This document shows, one piece after another, positions 9,320-18,012 of a DNA stretch of 64,000 bases. The stretch is from Candidatus Thorarchaeota archaeon (GTDB taxonomy: Archaea > Asgardarchaeota > Thorarchaeia > Thorarchaeales > Thorarchaeaceae), in the NCBI GenBank assembly GCA_029855935.1, contig JAGSHN010000031.1, positions 64,001-128,000 on the forward strand, given 5' to 3'. The stretch's first letter is position 1. The number at the start of each line of letters is the position of its first letter. A program made the position numbers and the translations under genes. Under the pieces are notes generated by a model. It saw nothing but the letters and a program-made list of their open reading frames with translations. It did not search any database and was not told the DNA's origin.

Positions 9320-10924
9320 ATGAACGACGAATGGCGACTCCTTGATACTGGTGTGTTGACGGGTGCCGAGAATATGGCACTTGATGATGCCATCCTTGAG
9401 TGCCGCGCTCAGGGACGCACCCCGAACACCCTGAGATTTCTTCAGTTCAATCCGGCAACAGTGCTGGTGGGCTACCATCAGTCGGTGAAGCAAGAGGTCA
9501 GGGTGGAGTACTGTAGAAGGAATGGGGTCGACATAAACAGAAGAATCACCGGAGGCGGCACGATATTGTTCACCCCGACTTGCCTTGGATGGGAGATCTA
9601 CGCCGACAAGTCGGCGCCGGGAATCAGGGAACTACGCTGGGACCTTGACCGCCTTGCAAGAAAGGTCTGTCAGGGCGCTGTGGCTGGTATCCGAAGACTG
9701 GGCGTTGAGGCCGAGTTTCGACCTAAGAACGATATCGAAGTCGGGGGCCGAAAGATATCTGGCACTGGCGGCACCGAGCGAGGAGATGCCTTCATGTATC
9801 AGGGGACGCTCCTCATCGACTTCGACGTTGACCTGATGCTCAAGACGCTGAGAATCCCTGTGGAGAAGCTGAAGGACAAGGAGATAGACAGCGTCAAGCA
9901 GCGAGTCACCTGCCTCAAATGGGAACTAGGGGAGGTACCTCCACTCCAACGGATAAAGAGGTCCCTCGTGGAGGGGTTTGCAGAGGTCTTTCAGGCGGAG
10001 TTCAGAGAGGAGGAACTCTACGAATGCGAAACAGAACTGCTCAAGGAGAGGCTGCCATACTTCCGGTCTGAGGAATGGGTTCACCTCATCGAGCCGCCAG
10101 AGTGGACTCAGGGCCAAGTGACGGCACTTCGCAAGACACCCGGTGGGCTGGTACGCGTCTCAATCGCGCTGAACATTCAAGGAAACTTCATCGTCAGTGC
10201 CCTCATCACGGGAGACTTTCAGGTCTTTCCGCAGAGAGCAATAATGGACCTTGAGGCAAGGCTGAAGAATCTCTCAGCAGACGAGGAGTCAATCAGAGAG
10301 GCAGTCTATGATTTCTTCCAAGAAACAGAAACACGCATCTTTGGGGTGGAACCAGACGACCTCGTACAGATAATCCTCGAGGCCGTGAAGAAGAAGGCAT
10401 TCCACGTCATCGGGCTGAATCTGGAGGAGGCGGACCACATAATGACGGTCAACTTCATGCCGGATGAGCTGCTGGAGCAATATTTCGACTACGTGCTATT
10501 ACCCTATTGTGCAAAGCTGGTCGACTGTGACTACAGATGGATTGAGGGATGTGATGCGTGCGGTGGTTGTACAATCAGTCCGGTATACGCGCTCTGTGAA
10601 ACCCTCGGCATACCAGTGCGAACGATTCAGAACTTCGAACACCTGATTGAAACCATCAACGAGTTCAAAGAGAGGGGAGCACGTGGGTACATCGGGTCCT
10701 GCTGCCAGGGATTCTACACCAAACACCACGATGACTTTGTGGATACGGAGGTACCTGCCCTCCTAGTCGACGTTGACGACTCCACGTGCTACGAGCTCGG
10801 AGAGGAACAAGAGGCCTATATCGGTCAATTCGAGGGACAGACGTCACTCAAGGATGACTTGATGGTGAAGATCATTCGCGAACTTCACAGAAGAGGACGG
10901 ATTGGTGGGGTGAAATTCGATTAG
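9320..10924 (+). CDS. lplA: Lipoate-protein ligase Lpl(AB) with C-terminal Cys-rich DUF116-like domain
   Basis: NMALD, RRITGGG, PKNDI..GGRKISG, QGTLL; LplB-type KTPGGL..ITGDF domain; C-terminal LPYC..C..C..CGGC..GSCC. Confidence 0.9.
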   Translation: MNDEWRLLDTGVLTGAENMALDDAILECRAQGRTPNTLRFLQFNPATVLVGYHQSVKQEVRVEYCRRNGVDINRRITGGGTILFTPTCLGWEIYADKSAPGIRELRWDLDRLARKVCQGAVAGIRRLGVEAEFRPKNDIEVGGRKISGTGGTERGDAFMYQGTLLIDFDVDLMLKTLRIPVEKLKDKEIDSVKQRVTCLKWELGEVPPLQRIKRSLVEGFAEVFQAEFREEELYECETELLKERLPYFRSEEWVHLIEPPEWTQGQVTALRKTPGGLVRVSIALNIQGNFIVSALITGDFQVFPQRAIMDLEARLKNLSADEESIREAVYDFFQETETRIFGVEPDDLVQIILEAVKKKAFHVIGLNLEEADHIMTVNFMPDELLEQYFDYVLLPYCAKLVDCDYRWIEGCDACGGCTISPVYALCETLGIPVRTIQNFEHLIETINEFKERGARGYIGSCCQGFYTKHHDDFVDTEVPALLVDVDDSTCYELGEEQEAYIGQFEGQTSLKDDLMVKIIRELHRRGRIGGVKFD

Positions 10925-11981
10925 GAAGTTCGATGTGATCGTTGTGGGTGGTGGGCCAGCAGGTGCCGCTACTGCGATTGTCAGTGCCCGACGTGGACAC
11001 AGAGTTTTACTCATTGAGAGAGGAGTCCCCCCACGACACAAGCCGTGCGGAGGGGTCCTCCCGCAGGTAGCCGAGGAGACCATTGAGGACATCATCGGTG
11101 TACCAATCCCCGAGGAGGTCTTCTCAGACCCGTCGCACCTTGGTCTCTACTACGTACCACCCTCAGGGAGAGAGAATGGCGGACGCGTCCGTGGCTACTC
11201 CATACTCAACGTTGACAGGGACGCATTCGATGACTGGATCCTCACACGAGCGATAGTGAACGGAGTCCAAGTGAAGTTCGGTGCCACCTTTGTTGGATTT
11301 GTTGACAAGTCGCACACGGAGGTCGTCTACTCAAGTCCCGAGGGGATACACAGGGCAAGGGCCAGATTCGTCGTGGGCGCAGATGGTGTCCGGTCAAGAG
11401 TTCGGGATGCTCTGGGTGGGGGACCTGTTCCGCTGCTCGTAGTGGCCCAGTACTATCTTCCTCGGCAGGCCGCGGGGGCCATTGCGAACTGCTTCTACGG
11501 GCTTTTCCGCGAGGACATCTCTCCCTCATACGCCTATGCTATTCCCAAGGACAAGTCGCTCATTGTGGGCACTGGGGTCTTGCCGAAACAGGAGCCAAAT
11601 GTAGCCGTGGCCATGCGGGCATTGCTACTGTGGATCAGAGAGGAGTTCGGCGTGGCCACGGAGACCATCCTGAGGAGAGAGGCGTGGGCCATACCATACG
11701 GATTCTTCAATCCGGGAGAGCGAAATGTCATCCTCGTCGGAGACGCGGCCGGTCTGTGCAATCCGCTCTCGGGAGAGGGTATCAGGCTCGCCATCGAGTC
11801 CGGAGAGGCCGCAGCTGACGCCATCGACCAGGCAACCAGAGACAGTGATGCTGCAGACATCTATCGCAGTGGTGTGAGGCGTATCGCGGACTTTGTCCAG
11901 TCGGTCAGAGAGACGATCGATGGCTGGTCGAACGGTGATAGAGAGCAGTTCGTGAGGGAAGAGCTGACAAGGAGAATGTGA
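10920..11981 (+). CDS. lipT: Geranylgeranyl-reductase-family FAD oxidoreductase, LipT-like
   Basis: VGGGPAG, KPCGG, VGADG, LVGDAAG.CNPLSGEGI. Position after lipS2/lipS1/lplA fits LipT. Start either GTG 10935 or ATT 10920. Confidence 0.7.
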   Translation: MRKFDVIVVGGGPAGAATAIVSARRGHRVLLIERGVPPRHKPCGGVLPQVAEETIEDIIGVPIPEEVFSDPSHLGLYYVPPSGRENGGRVRGYSILNVDRDAFDDWILTRAIVNGVQVKFGATFVGFVDKSHTEVVYSSPEGIHRARARFVVGADGVRSRVRDALGGGPVPLLVVAQYYLPRQAAGAIANCFYGLFREDISPSYAYAIPKDKSLIVGTGVLPKQEPNVAVAMRALLLWIREEFGVATETILRREAWAIPYGFFNPGERNVILVGDAAGLCNPLSGEGIRLAIESGEAAADAIDQATRDSDAADIYRSGVRRIADFVQSVRETIDGWSNGDREQFVREELTRRM

Positions 11982-12070
11982 GTCATTCGCGTCCCCATCA
12001 AGGAGAGAGCGGACAGAACTCGCCAGTGGGAGTAGCATACTGTACTGTCTGATGGAGGAGTGGAGATGAT

Positions 12071-12113
12071 AAGAAAAAGGGGAGCGCATGGGGAGTACTA
12101 TGACTCCTCATGC
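12071..12113 (-). terminator. Hairpin plus U-tract after dppB
   Basis: GCATGGGGAGT/ACTCCTCATGC imperfect inverted repeat followed on the minus strand by CCCCTTTTTCTT. Confidence 0.55.
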
Positions 12114-12125
12114 CTGTTGCTCGGG

Positions 12126-13175
12126 CTATCCGTACTTGATTCGTGGATCAAGCACGCCGTACAGCAGGTCCGCCACGAAGTTGGCGAGCACCGCCGTGAT
12201 GGCGATGATCATAAAGATTGCCTGCACGACGGGATAGTCCAGCCGGACTAGACTATCGAAGATGTATCTGCCGAGCCCACGCCAGTTGAACACGGTCTCA
12301 GTAAGCGTTGCCCCGTTGATGAGGAAACCGAAGGTCATTGCAATGATTGTGACCATCGGCAGCAGCGCGTTCTTCAGACCGTGCTTGTAGAGGACTTGGT
12401 TCTCGTCAAGGCCCTTGGCCCGAGCGGTGAGAATGTAGTCCTCTGTCATGACGTCGATCAGGTTGTTGCGCATATACAGGAAGTATCCACCGTAGCCTCC
12501 GACGCCCAGAGCGACCATCGGCAATATCAGGTGGTGAAGGATGTTGCCGGCCACGTATAGTGGCCCCAGCGGGTCGTCTTTGACTGCCACCCAGAGTTCG
12601 TAGTCCATCGTACCTCGCAACGGGAAGCTAATCAGACCATTCGTCCATATTGGCATGTAGAAGGCAAAGACCATCAGGAGCAGCATTCCCAGCCAGAATA
12701 TGGGGAGGGCGTAGATGAACAGTGCCACTGTGACGGCGGTTACATCCTTTGTGGAGCCGGGCTCAGCAGCGACCTTCACACCAGTCCAGATGCCCAAGAT
12801 GATTGATACTATGGAGGAGGTCCCCATCAACAGCAGAGTGTTGGGAAGACGACTCATTATCTCATCGATGACAAGGCCCTTGCTGACAAAGGACCTGCCA
12901 AAGTTGCCGGTGAACATGTTGACGATGTAGCGCCAGAACATGTATATCCAGTCGAAGATGTCAGGGTCTGGTACCAGACCAAATCTGAGATAGATCTCCT
13001 CGAGAGCCTCACGGGTCAGGTTTCTCCGGAGGTTCTCGTCAATCATCAGGTCAACGGGACTGATGCCGAGTACAAACGTCGGAAGCCTGAACAGAAAGAA
13101 GTTGAAACAGACGACTGCAACTATCAGCAGGAACATGTAGATGCTTCGTCTGATGACGTATTCTCGGAGCCCCAA
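12126..13175 (-). CDS. dppB: Peptide ABC transporter permease DppB/OppB
   Basis: YVIRR, GNFGRS, RLPNTLLL, EDYILTARAKGL, TETVFNWRGLG, LDPRIKY. Confidence 0.95.
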   Translation of the reverse strand: MGLREYVIRRSIYMFLLIVAVVCFNFFLFRLPTFVLGISPVDLMIDENLRRNLTREALEEIYLRFGLVPDPDIFDWIYMFWRYIVNMFTGNFGRSFVSKGLVIDEIMSRLPNTLLLMGTSSIVSIILGIWTGVKVAAEPGSTKDVTAVTVALFIYALPIFWLGMLLLMVFAFYMPIWTNGLISFPLRGTMDYELWVAVKDDPLGPLYVAGNILHHLILPMVALGVGGYGGYFLYMRNNLIDVMTEDYILTARAKGLDENQVLYKHGLKNALLPMVTIIAMTFGFLINGATLTETVFNWRGLGRYIFDSLVRLDYPVVQAIFMIIAITAVLANFVADLLYGVLDPRIKYG

Positions 13176-13361
13176 AGAATCACCTTCTCATACTATTCGT
13201 CACTCAGGTACCTAGTGGCGCTAAGTACCGTGTCACACTGGAGCACGAGCCTCCACCCCCATATAAGGATAATGTTCACCGCGGAGAGAGGCTGCTGCCG
13301 CTGGTGACCAGAGGAGTTTTAGGTTGCGTTCTCACCCCCGACTGCAGCAGGCGGGATCCAG

Positions 13362-14156
13362 ATGTCAGACCGGAGGAGACTGGCAGAGTTCGCGGTTCTC
13401 ATCTTCGCATACGTCTTGTTGTCCGCTACAGCAGGCCGAATCGTCCCCGAACAGATGGAGGACGCGGTTGCAACAGTCACATTCTTCGCAGTGCTATTTC
13501 TGATGTATGTCACCGTTGCGCTTTTCTTGGACAGAGAGGGGGGCGGATCGGTCTCCACTCTGGGGTTGCAACAAGATGGGAAGGCGGTGCAACAGATCTC
13601 AGCGGGCGTTCTGGCCGGCGTCGGCGCTGCAATGTCGGTCACGCTGCTGGCAATACTGCTCGGGGGTCAGCTACGCCCGGCGAGCGACGTGACTGCCGGG
13701 CTCCTCATCTCGACAGCGTCCATTGCCGTCATTGTATCATTTGTTGAGGAGCTGACCTATAGGGGATATCTCCTGACAAGGATGGAGAAGTGTCTTGGAC
13801 AACGCCTTGCCATCGTCGGAAGCTCTGTGTTCTTCTCGCTGATGCACTTCTCATGGTGGACTCCGCCCTATCAGGTCCCCCCATATCTCGTGGCGATGTT
13901 CACCGCCAATATCTTCGTCGGTGGATGCACCCTTGCACTTGCATACTACTGGTCGGGTAGAAGACTCTGGGCCCCGATGGCGTTCCACGCTTCGTGGAAT
14001 GTCGTGGCATACGCTCTCTTTCCGATATACCCTCGAGAGAACGTCACTCAGGTCATCCTGACCCAGATAGAGTGGGGAGCCACTACTCTAGTGGGCTTCG
14101 CCATCGGCATCATTCTTCTCTGGCTCCTACTCACGGAGGGAGAAAAACAGGTGTAG
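13362..14156 (+). CDS. CPBP (CAAX/Abi) family intramembrane metalloprotease
   Basis: EELTYRG, FSLMH and HASWN motifs; multi-TM. Confidence 0.92.
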   Translation: MSDRRRLAEFAVLIFAYVLLSATAGRIVPEQMEDAVATVTFFAVLFLMYVTVALFLDREGGGSVSTLGLQQDGKAVQQISAGVLAGVGAAMSVTLLAILLGGQLRPASDVTAGLLISTASIAVIVSFVEELTYRGYLLTRMEKCLGQRLAIVGSSVFFSLMHFSWWTPPYQVPPYLVAMFTANIFVGGCTLALAYYWSGRRLWAPMAFHASWNVVAYALFPIYPRENVTQVILTQIEWGATTLVGFAIGIILLWLLLTEGEKQV

Positions 14157-14211
14157 GAGGCGGGCATAGAATCCGCCTCACCACATAACTTCAGCGTGCT
14201 GATACTGTGCC

Positions 14212-14931
14212 CTACTCGCTTGGCTGGGGACCGGTCAACCCTTCACGAGGACCGGACTCTTCCTCCTCATATGGCACCACAAGCATCGTCATACCGCTCA
14301 CGCCGAGCACTCTGACAGTCTGGCCGGTCTTGACGTGATCACCAACGGTGCGCGCCCACCAGATCTCGGCACCTGACTTGACCTTGCCCTTGGGAGCAAG
14401 GTCCGTTATGGCAACAGCCGTGGTGGGACCAAAGGTATAGTCTGGCCACTTGTCGTAGTCTCTCAGAAGCACCATATAGACGCCCATCAGAGCGAGAGCA
14501 GTGCCTGCCATTATGTACACTGCAAGCTGATGCGACGGGTCGGCCAACGTGGCGACCACTATTGCAAGCGCGTAGATTGGGCAGAACTTCAAGGCAACCT
14601 TGGCGTTGAGAAAGCCGCCGTGGAGGAAGCTCCCGCCACCAGCAAACATGGCGACCATCAGAAACAAGACGACCGCTATCACAAGCAGCTTGCCAGTGTC
14701 GAACTGCGCGTTGCCAAGGAAGACCTCAAAGACAAAGAGAAGTACTACCAGTGGGATGACCACCTGTGCCATGGCCTTCCCTGTCGCGGGCTCCAGTGTC
14801 AACACCATCAGAGTGAGTATGACAGCCATCAGAATCAGTCCTATGAAGGGGTCATACATGACGTATCCTATGACCCAGCTGAGCAGGGTCAGCATCAGCA
14901 GGACAATGCACATCTTCACCCAAGCGTCCAA
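14212..14931 (-). CDS. NfeD-like membrane protein with C-terminal OB-fold
   Basis: Several TM helices, then DLAPKGKVKSGAEIWWAR...G.TVRVLGVSGMTMLV; immediately downstream of stomatin. Confidence 0.85.
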   Translation of the reverse strand: MDAWVKMCIVLLMLTLLSWVIGYVMYDPFIGLILMAVILTLMVLTLEPATGKAMAQVVIPLVVLLFVFEVFLGNAQFDTGKLLVIAVVLFLMVAMFAGGGSFLHGGFLNAKVALKFCPIYALAIVVATLADPSHQLAVYIMAGTALALMGVYMVLLRDYDKWPDYTFGPTTAVAITDLAPKGKVKSGAEIWWARTVGDHVKTGQTVRVLGVSGMTMLVVPYEEEESGPREGLTGPQPSE

Positions 14932-14964
14932 TCCGCCTCACCCACCCCTAGCTGAAGTCTTTAC

Positions 14965-15786
14965 CTAGCCCCCCTTGTCCGAGGGGACCCTGATGCCGCC
15001 TGTCGCCGCACTGAGGGCGGCGGACGTGCCCGCGGCCATTCCGACCTCAGGGATGTTGGTTGGCACCATAATGATGAGATTGGCATTCTTGGATATCTCT
15101 TGCATGATGTTCCATGTTCTCAGCACAAAGCCGATAGTCGACTGCTCGTATTTCCTCGCCGCCTGCAACATCGTTTCTGAGGCCTCAAGCTCTGCCTGTG
15201 CCAAGGTGATTCTAGCACGTCGCTCTCGCTCAGCCTGCGCCTCGCGGCTCATCGCATCCTGCAGCTGGGTCGGTATGACAACATCGCGAATCTCAACCGA
15301 TGAAACCTTGACGCCCCAGTGCTCGGTCTTCTCGTCGATGAGCTCCTGCAGGTGCATTGCGATCTTGTCGCGCTCGGAGAGCAGTTCATCAAGAGTGACC
15401 TTTCCTATGGTCTCTCTGAGCGTCGTCTGGGCTGCAAGCTCGACGGCAAGGGTGTACCTCTCGACCTCCAGAATTGCCTTCTCCACATCGACGACCTTGA
15501 AGTACATCACAGCGTCGACGATGACAGGGACATTGTCCTTGGTGAGTGACCTCTCGGTCTTGAAGGCGTACGTCTGAAGTCGGAGCGACACCCTCATTGC
15601 GATTGTGTCAATCACGGGTGTCACCCAGATGAGGCCAGGGCCCTTGATTCCCTTGTACTTGCCGAGCCTCATAATGGCGACACGCTCCCATTCGTTCAAC
15701 CGCTTGATGCCGCTCGCTATGATCATCAGGATGACAAGCAAGAGCAGCCCAAATAGAACCCATAGCATCGTTGGATCAATCTGCAA
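14965..15786 (-). CDS. SPFH/band-7 stomatin-like protein
   Basis: RLGK..GPGL, TKDNV.V.VDAV, AQTTLR..IG, WGVKV..VEIRD, AQAERERRA. Confidence 0.95.
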   Translation of the reverse strand: MQIDPTMLWVLFGLLLLVILMIIASGIKRLNEWERVAIMRLGKYKGIKGPGLIWVTPVIDTIAMRVSLRLQTYAFKTERSLTKDNVPVIVDAVMYFKVVDVEKAILEVERYTLAVELAAQTTLRETIGKVTLDELLSERDKIAMHLQELIDEKTEHWGVKVSSVEIRDVVIPTQLQDAMSREAQAERERRARITLAQAELEASETMLQAARKYEQSTIGFVLRTWNIMQEISKNANLIIMVPTNIPEVGMAAGTSAALSAATGGIRVPSDKGG

Positions 15787-15937
15787 CTCTTCAATCTCCC
15801 TCTGACAAGTCTATGCGACCTCGGAGCAGATGTCTACTCCGGGCCGCAGTCGAATCATGTGCATATTAATCTTGACACCCACGTGGTGATGCTGGAGATC
15901 TGTGTCGCACCGTGTGGCTCCCTAGCGAGCCCGAGTC

Positions 15938-16678
15938 CTAGCTCTGGCCGCCAGACCTCAAGAACGGGGTACCTGAAAGAGCCTTGAACAAGGCCAGACC
16001 AACGACCACAATGAGGATTGTGGCGACTATTCTCTCCACTGGATACACGAGCAGGACAATATTGTAGGAGGTTGCCACAGACTCGGGAGAGACTCCCAGA
16101 GAGACAAAGTAGTAGGCCGCGATCGCCGAGCCGACAATGTGGTCCGTCATGACTGACAGGAATGACGTAATTCCGAGGAAAAGGGTGAGCTGGGTCGGCG
16201 AACTTGTGTCAAGGCCCCTCTCCACCACAGATGCCACGCCGGGAATCAGCATCACAAGCGCAATAGGAAGTGCAATAAGATGAAGCCACAGATAGAGCGG
16301 CGCATAGGGAGCAATGGGGCTCGCCACGTAGGCCACAACAGCGATGGGATATACGATTCCCACCACCTGGCCCTTGCCGGTGCGCAGGCAGCCAGCAGCC
16401 AAGGCGCCTGCCGCCGTGGCGATGGGAGTGTACGGACCCAAGACGCCCGCCGGGGGATTGAGAACAATTCCAACGTAGGAGCCGATGAGGACGGCGATAG
16501 GGCCGTAGATCGGCCCTAGGAGCAGCCCAATCAGCGATGCTGAGAGAAGGCCCACTGAGATGAAGCCATTCCCACCGACAGCAATCGAGAAAGGAATGAT
16601 TGTTGCCACCGTGTGGAATGCTGCGAAGATTCCTACAAAGGACCAAGCGTGGGTAAGGGAAGGTATCTCTAGAGACAT
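15938..16678 (-). CDS. ECF-type S-component-like membrane protein
   Basis: About 7 TM helices; LLLGPIYG motif and C-terminal YPVERI typical of archaeal S-components; substrate unknown. Confidence 0.6.
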   Translation of the reverse strand: MSLEIPSLTHAWSFVGIFAAFHTVATIIPFSIAVGGNGFISVGLLSASLIGLLLGPIYGPIAVLIGSYVGIVLNPPAGVLGPYTPIATAAGALAAGCLRTGKGQVVGIVYPIAVVAYVASPIAPYAPLYLWLHLIALPIALVMLIPGVASVVERGLDTSSPTQLTLFLGITSFLSVMTDHIVGSAIAAYYFVSLGVSPESVATSYNIVLLVYPVERIVATILIVVVGLALFKALSGTPFLRSGGQS

Positions 16679-16881
16679 TTCAGTCGCCTTGCGGGTTTCT
16701 CTGACTTCCCGCCTGAGAACCTCTATATTAAACGTACGGACCGAGAATAGCGATAGCCCCCAGCTGTCGCAATCACACCGCACCGTAGTCGTGGGCAGCA
16801 CATCCCGGCAACAAAACCCTGGTGAAGGGCGCCATGAACGAACGTGCACGGGCACAATGGGGAAACCGTCGCCGCGGAGAA

Positions 16882-17820
16882 CTAGCTGCTCGACGACGCC
16901 ACGACCCAGAAGAAGAGAAAGCCAAGAATCCAGACAAAAAGTCCTGCTCCAAGGACGACACCGAGTGCAGCACCCATCCCCGATGACCCCAGATTCACGT
17001 GGGCATTAGTGAACTGCTTGAATCCGCCGACGTACTTCGTCTCGTAGCCGCAGTGAAACTCCTTGTCTGTGATGGCACCACATATCTCGCAGACATAGCG
17101 ATTCTGAAACACAGCGCCAATCAGGCTGTCGAGATTGCAGCCGATGAAGGCGGTGAGAACAGACAACGGAAATATCAGGAGAATCTCTGCTGACGATGTG
17201 ACGGGGACAAGACCGGGTGTAAAGAGAGCATAGAGCGAAACAATCGTGCCGATTGCCGCTCCGGCAAAGAGTGCAACGCCTTCTCCGAGGAGAGAAACAG
17301 CCCCAATGGTCCCAGCGGGAACCTTGCGGCGGAGATTGGTGATCAGTCGGGGCTTTCGCTTGCTGAAGACGCCAATCTCGCTTGCCAGTGTGTCCGCGCT
17401 TGTCGTGGCCACCGAGCCTATGAACCCGCCGAACATCCAGAATGCAAGAGAGGGACTGACTGCACCAACTTCAGCAAGACGCTGTGACACAAAGATGCCA
17501 ATGGAGAACATCATAGGAATTATGCCACTGCCAAAGACATTCTTCCATGAACGTTTGCCCTTGGCCTCTTGGGCCACATTCTTTCTCATCTTGGCCCTGT
17601 ACTTGTACTTCGTTGCAATGCCAGAGCTGATGAAGAAGAAGAGAAGGACTGTGAACGCCGCGACACCACCGGTGTACCACACTGTGAATCCAACGAAGAA
17701 GGCACTGATGAGTCCCGATATGTCTACGAATCCTAGTCTGTAGCTCAGGGCCCCTAGAAAGGCCATCACTATCAGACCGGATATGACCGAGCTTGACAGG
17801 AACTCTATCACACCTCTCAC
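16882..17820 (-). CDS. DUF92/TMEM19 (VTE6/PolK-like isoprenyl-phosphate kinase family) membrane protein with Zn-ribbon insertion
   Basis: RSWKNV, ADTLASEIG, VPAGT.GAVS..G, LDSLIGA..Q, CEICG...HCG, N..VN. Confidence 0.88.
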   Translation of the reverse strand: MRGVIEFLSSSVISGLIVMAFLGALSYRLGFVDISGLISAFFVGFTVWYTGGVAAFTVLLFFFISSGIATKYKYRAKMRKNVAQEAKGKRSWKNVFGSGIIPMMFSIGIFVSQRLAEVGAVSPSLAFWMFGGFIGSVATTSADTLASEIGVFSKRKPRLITNLRRKVPAGTIGAVSLLGEGVALFAGAAIGTIVSLYALFTPGLVPVTSSAEILLIFPLSVLTAFIGCNLDSLIGAVFQNRYVCEICGAITDKEFHCGYETKYVGGFKQFTNAHVNLGSSGMGAALGVVLGAGLFVWILGFLFFWVVASSSS

Positions 17821-18012
17821 CTCGTTGTCTTCGCATCACCGAGAGTCAGCGTCAACGGCAGTGTTCTATGAGTATATATCAGTTGATAGCAGTATTCTCA
17901 CATTACCAAGAGGCGGCGTATTGGTGGCATTTAAGCCTTTGCCACCGACTTCTGCAGTTGCCGAAGCCGAGTTCGATATAGTACAGAGTCGACGCCCATT
18001 CCCGGTGTCAAG

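Noticed and set aside
10911-10913. In-frame TGA upstream of lipT as possible selenocysteine
   Set aside because: It lies before the domain start within the lplA overlap, and no SECIS-like element was seen.
16706-16713. TTCCCGCC E2F-like 8-mer next to the TATA box of the ECF S-component gene
   Set aside because: A single 8-mer is expected by chance in 64 kb; it would need genome-wide enrichment to count.
16680-16880. Possible TPP or other riboswitch upstream of the ECF S-component
   Set aside because: CTGAGA is on the wrong strand, the other core motifs are absent, and the leader after the TATA box is too short.
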